From the NCBI GenBank assembly GCA_965261085.1, contig OZ253442.1, positions 864,001-928,000 on the forward strand: DNA of 64,000 nucleotides. The letters are read 5' to 3'. Shown here in pieces: positions 58,994-64,000 of the stretch. Every line of letters starts with the position of its first letter. Positions within the stretch are counted from its first letter, which is position 1. The notes below the pieces were generated by a model. That model did no database searches. It saw only the letters and a list, made by a program, of their open reading frames with translations, and was not told where the DNA came from. Source of the DNA: a bacterium (lineage in GTDB: Bacteria > UBA8248). The translations under genes were made by a program, and so were the position numbers.

Positions 58994-59011
58994 AGAAAAA
59001 CCCAAGCATAG

Positions 59012-59202
59012 GGGAGTTGTTGAAAAAGTCTCGATTTCAGGGGGTAGAGGGGACACCCCTCTCGATTGGAAAAGCAACCCCCCTGTCCCCCCTTGTCAGG
59101 GGGGTAAAAGCGATGCCCCCCGACGAGGGGGTGGAAGAAAAGCCCCCCTGACAAGGGGGGTTGGGGGGTTACTACTTCGACGAGGACTTTTTCAACAGCC
59201 CC
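59012..59202. mobile_element. TIR MITE with internal REP-like palindrome
   Basis: gttgttgaaaaagtc ... gactttttcaacagc; inner ccccttgtcaggggg/ccccctgacaagggg. Confidence 0.75.
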
Positions 59203-59318
59203 ATAAGGGAGTGGTATTGGAGAGGGGTTTATGGATTAAATTGCTAGATTACTTATGAATTGACTAGCTAGAAGAAGTCGTCAACTCAAGTATATAATTC
59301 CATACCTTAAGGGTTCCC

Positions 59319-60284
59319 ATGAACGAGACGGTGAAATACGGATACGGCTACGGGATGCAGCCCGGCGAAGTCCCTTGCCACTCCGATTTTCTGGGCTTCA
59401 TCGAAAAGGTGGAACGTGCGGGTTTCGATTCTTTCTGGCTGGATGATCACATCGCGTTTCGCGGTAATTTCCTCGAAAGCCTCGCCGCTCTCGCCGCCGC
59501 TGCGGCCAGAACCGAGCGCATCGTTCTCGGCAGCCTCGTCTATTTGCTGCCGCTCAGGCGGCCCGCCATCGCCGCGCAGGCGGCGGCCACGGTGGATTAC
59601 CTGAGCGGAGGCGGGCGCTTCATCTTCGGCGTAGGCGTAGGAGGCGAGGAGGCCCGGGAGTTCGAGGTTTGCGGCGTGCCCAAGACCGAGCGCGGCGCGC
59701 GCACGGATGAGGCCATCGAGGTCTTGCGCAAGCTATGGTCGGGCGAGGCGGTGAGTCACGAGGGAGAATTCTTTCGTTTTTCAAATGCGCGGCAAAGCCC
59801 TCCGCCACCGAGCGCGGGCGGCCCGCCGATCTGGGTGGGCGGCAGGAGCGAGGCCGCCCAAAGGCGCGCCGCTTTGCTCGCGGACGGCTACGCGCCTTAT
59901 CTTTTTTCCCCGTCGCGCTACGAGATGGGGGTGGAGTTCATTCGCCGCTGCGCCTCAGAACATGGGAGGGACCTGGACGATCCGCAAAAGCCGTGGACGC
60001 CCGCGCTTCACCTGTTCGTGAACCTGCGCGAAAACGAGGACGAAGCCCTCGATGATGGTGCAGAAAATCTCTCGATGCGGTATGGGATGGATATGCGCGA
60101 AGCGGCGAAAAGGTATTTGCTCCACGGCTCCGTGGAGCGTTGCGCCGAGAGAATCCAAGGGTTCTGGAAGGCGGGGGTTCGGCATTTCATCTTCAAGGTG
60201 GCCGCACCCGCTGGTGAGGAAGTGGAGCACATGTTGAGACTAGCTCAAGAACTCTTGCCCGAGGTCAGGCGCCATGTCGGCTGA
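59319..60284 (+). CDS. LLM class flavin-dependent oxidoreductase
   Basis: GFDSFWLDDHI, GRFIFGVGVG, RGARTDEAI, PPIWVGG. Confidence 0.9.
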   Translation: MNETVKYGYGYGMQPGEVPCHSDFLGFIEKVERAGFDSFWLDDHIAFRGNFLESLAALAAAAARTERIVLGSLVYLLPLRRPAIAAQAAATVDYLSGGGRFIFGVGVGGEEAREFEVCGVPKTERGARTDEAIEVLRKLWSGEAVSHEGEFFRFSNARQSPPPPSAGGPPIWVGGRSEAAQRRAALLADGYAPYLFSPSRYEMGVEFIRRCASEHGRDLDDPQKPWTPALHLFVNLRENEDEALDDGAENLSMRYGMDMREAAKRYLLHGSVERCAERIQGFWKAGVRHFIFKVAAPAGEEVEHMLRLAQELLPEVRRHVG

Positions 60285-61944
60285 GGCGAGTGGACACGTC
60301 GATACCTTCGCGCGGGATAATCTTCCCCCGAAGTCCCTGTGGCCGGAAATGGACTACGGCGTCCTGCCGGAGCTTGCGGCCTATCCCTCCCGCATCAACG
60401 CGGGCGCCGTGCTCATTGACGAGATGGCCCAAGGCGCGCAGGCCGAACGGCCCGCGATTTATTACGGCGAGGCTCTTTGGAGTTATCGCACGCTTTTGGA
60501 AAACGCCAACCGCATCGCCTCGGTGATGACGGATCGCTTCGGCCTCGTGCCCGGAGGGCGCGTGCTCGTCCGCTCATCGAACCACCCGACCCTCGTGGCC
60601 GCTTGTCTGGGCGTTTTGAAGGCGGGCGGCGTGGTGATTCCCACGATGCCGGTGATGCGCGAGCGCGAACTGGCCTACGTGCTCGATAAAGCCAGGGTCG
60701 GTTTCGCGATTTGCGACGCCCGTTTGAGCGCCGATTTGCTCGTCGCCGCAAAGGCCTCCAAATCCCTTGAAAACGTCGTTCTCTTCGGCTCGGACGAACC
60801 GGACGGCCTCGAAGCCTTGATGGCCGAAGCCTCACCAGAATTCCGAAACGCCGATACGGCGGCGGACGACGTTGCGCTCATAGGTTTCACCTCGGGTTCT
60901 ACCGGAACGCCCAAGGGCACGGTGCATTTTCACCGGGATCTGCTCGCCGTCGCGGATACGTTTCCCAAATACCTCTTCGGCCTGACTCCTGATGACGTCG
61001 TTTGCGGCAGCCCGCAGATAGCTTTTTTGTACGGGTTTTGCGCCTTCGTCACCGACGCCTTGCGGTTCGGCGCCTCCTCGGTTCTGCTCGAGCGGGGAAC
61101 CCCGCGCGATCTTCTGGAGGCCATCGAGGGGTACGAGGCGACGGTGTGCTTCAGCACGCCCTCCGGCTACAAGCAGATGCTCGACATCGCGGAAGGATAC
61201 GACCTCGGCAGCCTGCGCGCCTGCATCGCGGGAGGAGAGCTTCTTGAGCCTTCGGTGTTCAGGGGGTGGCGCGAGAGGACGGGGGTGGCGATCATCAACG
61301 GGCTGGGTATTTCGGAGCTTCTTCATATATTCATATCGGCGAGCGGCGAGGATATCCGCCCCGGAAAGATCGGCCGCGCGGCGCCCGGTTATCAGGTGCG
61401 CGTCGTGGACGATAACATGCGCGACACGGCCCCTGGCGAGGTGGGGCAGATGATCGTCAAGGGACCCACGGGGTGCCGGTATCTCGACGACCTGGAGCGC
61501 CAGCGGAAATACGTGCGAGACGGCTGGAACATGACGGGAGACCTTTGCCGCATGGATTCGGAGGGTTACATTTCCTTCGAGGCGCGAACCGACGACATGA
61601 TCAACACCGGGGGATACAACGTGTCGGGCCTGGAGGTGGAGGCCGTGTTGCTCGAACACCCCAGGGTGCGCGAGTGCGCGGTGGTCGGCTCGCCGAACTT
61701 AGAACGCGGAGAAATCGTCAAGGCGTTCGTCGTTCTCTCAGGAGACGCCGGCGCAGACTCCCCGCAGGCGCAGGGTGCGCTTGTCCGGGAGCTACAGGAT
61801 TTCGTGAAATCACAACTCGCACCCTATAAATACCCCAGAGCCGTGGAGTTTCTCGAAAGCCTGCCACTCACGGCCACGGGCAAGATACAAAGGGGCGCTT
61901 TGCGGAAACTCGAAAAAGAACGCGCGCAAGACGGGGGCTATTGA
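60274..61944 (+). CDS. aryl-CoA ligase (2-aminobenzoate-CoA ligase-like)
   Basis: HVDTFARDNLPP N-terminus, FTSGSTGTPKG, KGPTGCRYL.D.RQ..YV..GWN, PYKYPR, TGKIQR. Confidence 0.85.
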   Translation: MSAEASGHVDTFARDNLPPKSLWPEMDYGVLPELAAYPSRINAGAVLIDEMAQGAQAERPAIYYGEALWSYRTLLENANRIASVMTDRFGLVPGGRVLVRSSNHPTLVAACLGVLKAGGVVIPTMPVMRERELAYVLDKARVGFAICDARLSADLLVAAKASKSLENVVLFGSDEPDGLEALMAEASPEFRNADTAADDVALIGFTSGSTGTPKGTVHFHRDLLAVADTFPKYLFGLTPDDVVCGSPQIAFLYGFCAFVTDALRFGASSVLLERGTPRDLLEAIEGYEATVCFSTPSGYKQMLDIAEGYDLGSLRACIAGGELLEPSVFRGWRERTGVAIINGLGISELLHIFISASGEDIRPGKIGRAAPGYQVRVVDDNMRDTAPGEVGQMIVKGPTGCRYLDDLERQRKYVRDGWNMTGDLCRMDSEGYISFEARTDDMINTGGYNVSGLEVEAVLLEHPRVRECAVVGSPNLERGEIVKAFVVLSGDAGADSPQAQGALVRELQDFVKSQLAPYKYPRAVEFLESLPLTATGKIQRGALRKLEKERAQDGGY

Positions 61945-62330
61945 AAAAGCCCCATAAAACAGGAAATGGGTTTCTAAATCGACATACATTCATGAAATGA
62001 CTCCTCCCTTGAGGGTCATTGGCAACTGATGAAAGAGGAAGAACCACTCCCCCCTTGAGGGGGAGTCAGCAAGGCAAGGACGGAGTCCGCAGCCGCGCTG
62101 GTGGGGGGTGAATTTATTTTGTGGGGAAACCCATATTTTAGAACCATACCCCCCACCGACTCAGCCTTCGCACAAACCGCTCGGCTTCGTCGACTCCCCC
62201 TCAAGGGGGGAGTGGTTGTTGATCTCTCTCGTCGGTTGGCGAACAGCAATCGCTTCTTCATCAGTCGTGATTGACCTCCCCGGTCGGCTACATACGCCGA
62301 ATCACGAAATCAGGACTTTTTAACAGCTCC
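61933..62330. mobile_element. TIR MITE enclosing a family-A REP element (62045-62214)
   Basis: ggggctattgaaaaag ... ctttttaacagctcc; inner cactcccccttgaggggg...ccccctcaagggggg. Confidence 0.65.
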
Positions 62331-62635
62331 ATCCGGGGCGGATTGAGGTTCTGTGCTCTTTCGGCAGCCGCGCCGTCTGCTTCGTAAGTCTTCACGGTCA
62401 TACGGGGAATGCCGCACCGGCTCCCTGACTATTGCGGCGGCTTTGATAAACATGGTATTCTTTGCTCTCTTCATCATAAATTCATACAGTTTCTCTCGGT
62501 ATTGTCTTGTTCCGAGCAGGAGGAATCGAAGGAAAGCCATATCTTCCCGATACACTGAGTGCGCCCCGCCCTTGGGGCGTTGATGAGTCCATGAAGCAAG
62601 CCGCGAATCCTGCGGCCAGAGTGGAGGCTGAAATC

Positions 62636-63682
62636 GTGGGTAAAAGAACGAATGTCAGGGATCTTCTCTTCAAATCGGCTTTGGCGGTTCTGCTGGGAGT
62701 GGCGCTCGTCTTCACGTCCGCCACGCCTTCCGAGTCGGCCGTCAAGCGAGTCATCATCACCCAGGCGGTCGAGAGTCTCGCCTTCGTCGGCAACTACGTG
62801 GCGCGCGCGAACGGCTATTTCGCCGACGAGGATCTGGCCGTCGAGGTCATCTCCACGCGGGGCGGCGGGCCGGACATCAAGGCCAACCTCGCGGGCAAGG
62901 CGGAATTCTCCGTAGCGGCGGGCACCTACCAGATCAACGCCGTCAAGGCGGGCGGACGCCTCATCGCGGTGATGAGCTGCCTGAACCGCAGCATCGTCAA
63001 CTCCGCCATCCGCAAGGACGTCGCCAAGAGACTCGGCATCACCGCCAAAACGCCCTACATGGAAAAAATTAAGAAGATGAAAGGTTTGACCGTCGGGGCC
63101 ACGCGGCCGGGCGCGCTCACCTACAACCAGGGCGAATACTGGATCCGCCAGGCCGGCTACACGCCCCAGAAAGAAGTGAAGCTCATCGGCGCAGGCGCGG
63201 GCCCCGTGCTCATCGCGGCGCTCGAGCGCAACAAGATTCAGATAGCGATCCAGACCATCCCCGTGCCGGAGACGGCGATATTCCGGGGCCACGCCATTCC
63301 CTTCGTCACGAACTCTGCGGGCGAAGACCCGAAGATGGATCAGTTCATGATGGAGGTCCTGCTCGTGCGGCCCGATTACGCCAAGAAGAACCCCGAGACC
63401 GTCCGCAAGGTGGTGCGGGCGCTTCTCAAGGCCAACAACTGGATTTCCAAGCACACCGCCGAGGAGATTCGCGAGAAAATCCAGATTTACTTCGCCAAGA
63501 CCGACAAGCGACTGCTGCGCACCAGCATCGCGGCGGTGAAGAATGCCGTCTCGCTGGACGGAAAAGTCACCCAGCGCGCGGTGGACATCACCCAGAACCT
63601 GCTCATCGCGGCGGGCAAGCTCAAAAAAGCGTTCCCCAGGAGCGTCCTGGTATCGGACGAGTATTTGCCCGGCAAGATGTGA
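62636..63682 (+). CDS. NitT/TauT-type ABC substrate-binding protein
   Basis: signal-like segment, YVARANGYFADEDL, NPETVRKVVRALLKA; start uncertain (GTG after ggagg). Confidence 0.82.
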   Translation: MGKRTNVRDLLFKSALAVLLGVALVFTSATPSESAVKRVIITQAVESLAFVGNYVARANGYFADEDLAVEVISTRGGGPDIKANLAGKAEFSVAAGTYQINAVKAGGRLIAVMSCLNRSIVNSAIRKDVAKRLGITAKTPYMEKIKKMKGLTVGATRPGALTYNQGEYWIRQAGYTPQKEVKLIGAGAGPVLIAALERNKIQIAIQTIPVPETAIFRGHAIPFVTNSAGEDPKMDQFMMEVLLVRPDYAKKNPETVRKVVRALLKANNWISKHTAEEIREKIQIYFAKTDKRLLRTSIAAVKNAVSLDGKVTQRAVDITQNLLIAAGKLKKAFPRSVLVSDEYLPGKM

Positions 63683-63759
63683 GCGGCTTTTTTCTGCTCT
63701 GAAAACCGCCGGGGAAGGGCCGTTGAGTGCTCCTCCCCGGCGGTGGAGATTCATGCCTC

Positions 63760-64000
63760 GTGCCACCTATTCTCTCGATACGGAATCTGCATAAGGAATT
63801 TTTCTCGCGGGGAAACCGCGTCGTCGCCATCGAGGATTTCAGCCTCGACATCGTAGAAGGCGAATTCCTCACCATCGTGGGGCCGAGCGGCTGCGGGAAG
63901 TCCACGCTGCTCAACTGCATCATCGGGCTGGTGCACCCCACCTCGGGAACCATCAACTACCGAGACAAGAAGCTGCGCGGCATCAACACCGAGATCGGCT
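63760..64000 (+). CDS. NitT/TauT-type ABC ATP-binding protein (truncated by window end)
   Basis: VPPILSIRNLHKEF...[19 protein letters not shown]. Confidence 0.85.
   Translation, partial: MPPILSIRNLHKEFFSRGNRVVAIEDFSLDIVEGEFLTIVGPSGCGKSTLLNCIIGLVHPTSGTINYRDKKLRGINTEIG

Noticed and set aside
62474-63766. Long antisense ORFs (also 53971-55404, 28203-29354 and others)
   Set aside because: Shadow frames of well-supported genes, expected in high-GC DNA.

Overview
A GC-rich bacterial chromosomal window dominated by transport and catabolic genes: a TonB-dependent receptor, two hydantoinase/oxoprolinase pairs, nucleoside hydrolase and ribokinase, hflKC, cupins, cyclase, creatininase, tadA, tRNA-Ser(CGA), a sugar ABC system, a complete phoBR-pstSCAB-phoU locus with Pho boxes, peptide ABC, TRAP, an LLM oxidoreductase, an aryl-CoA ligase and the start of a NitT/TauT ABC system. 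Four things are not visible in the ORF track. (1) Two tandem AhpC/TSA-like genes are split by in-frame TGA codons at the redox motif, giving a UxxC and a rare UxxU (double selenocysteine) candidate. (2) An intergenic region at 12.3-12.9 kb has two pairs of NrdR-like boxes and a strong sigma70-type promoter pointing into a ~300-nt structured, terminator-bounded segment with no nrd gene nearby. This is a candidate NrdR-regulated ncRNA; DnaA-like boxes are also present. (3) An integrase-less ~6-kb islet at tRNA-Ser is bracketed by a family of ~45-bp repeats and carries a dehalogenase, a nitronate monooxygenase, a lower-GC PD-(D/E)xK nuclease and pseudogenes. (4) MITE/REP-like elements are nested inside one another. 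All calls come from reading the sequence by eye; no database searches or folding programs were run.
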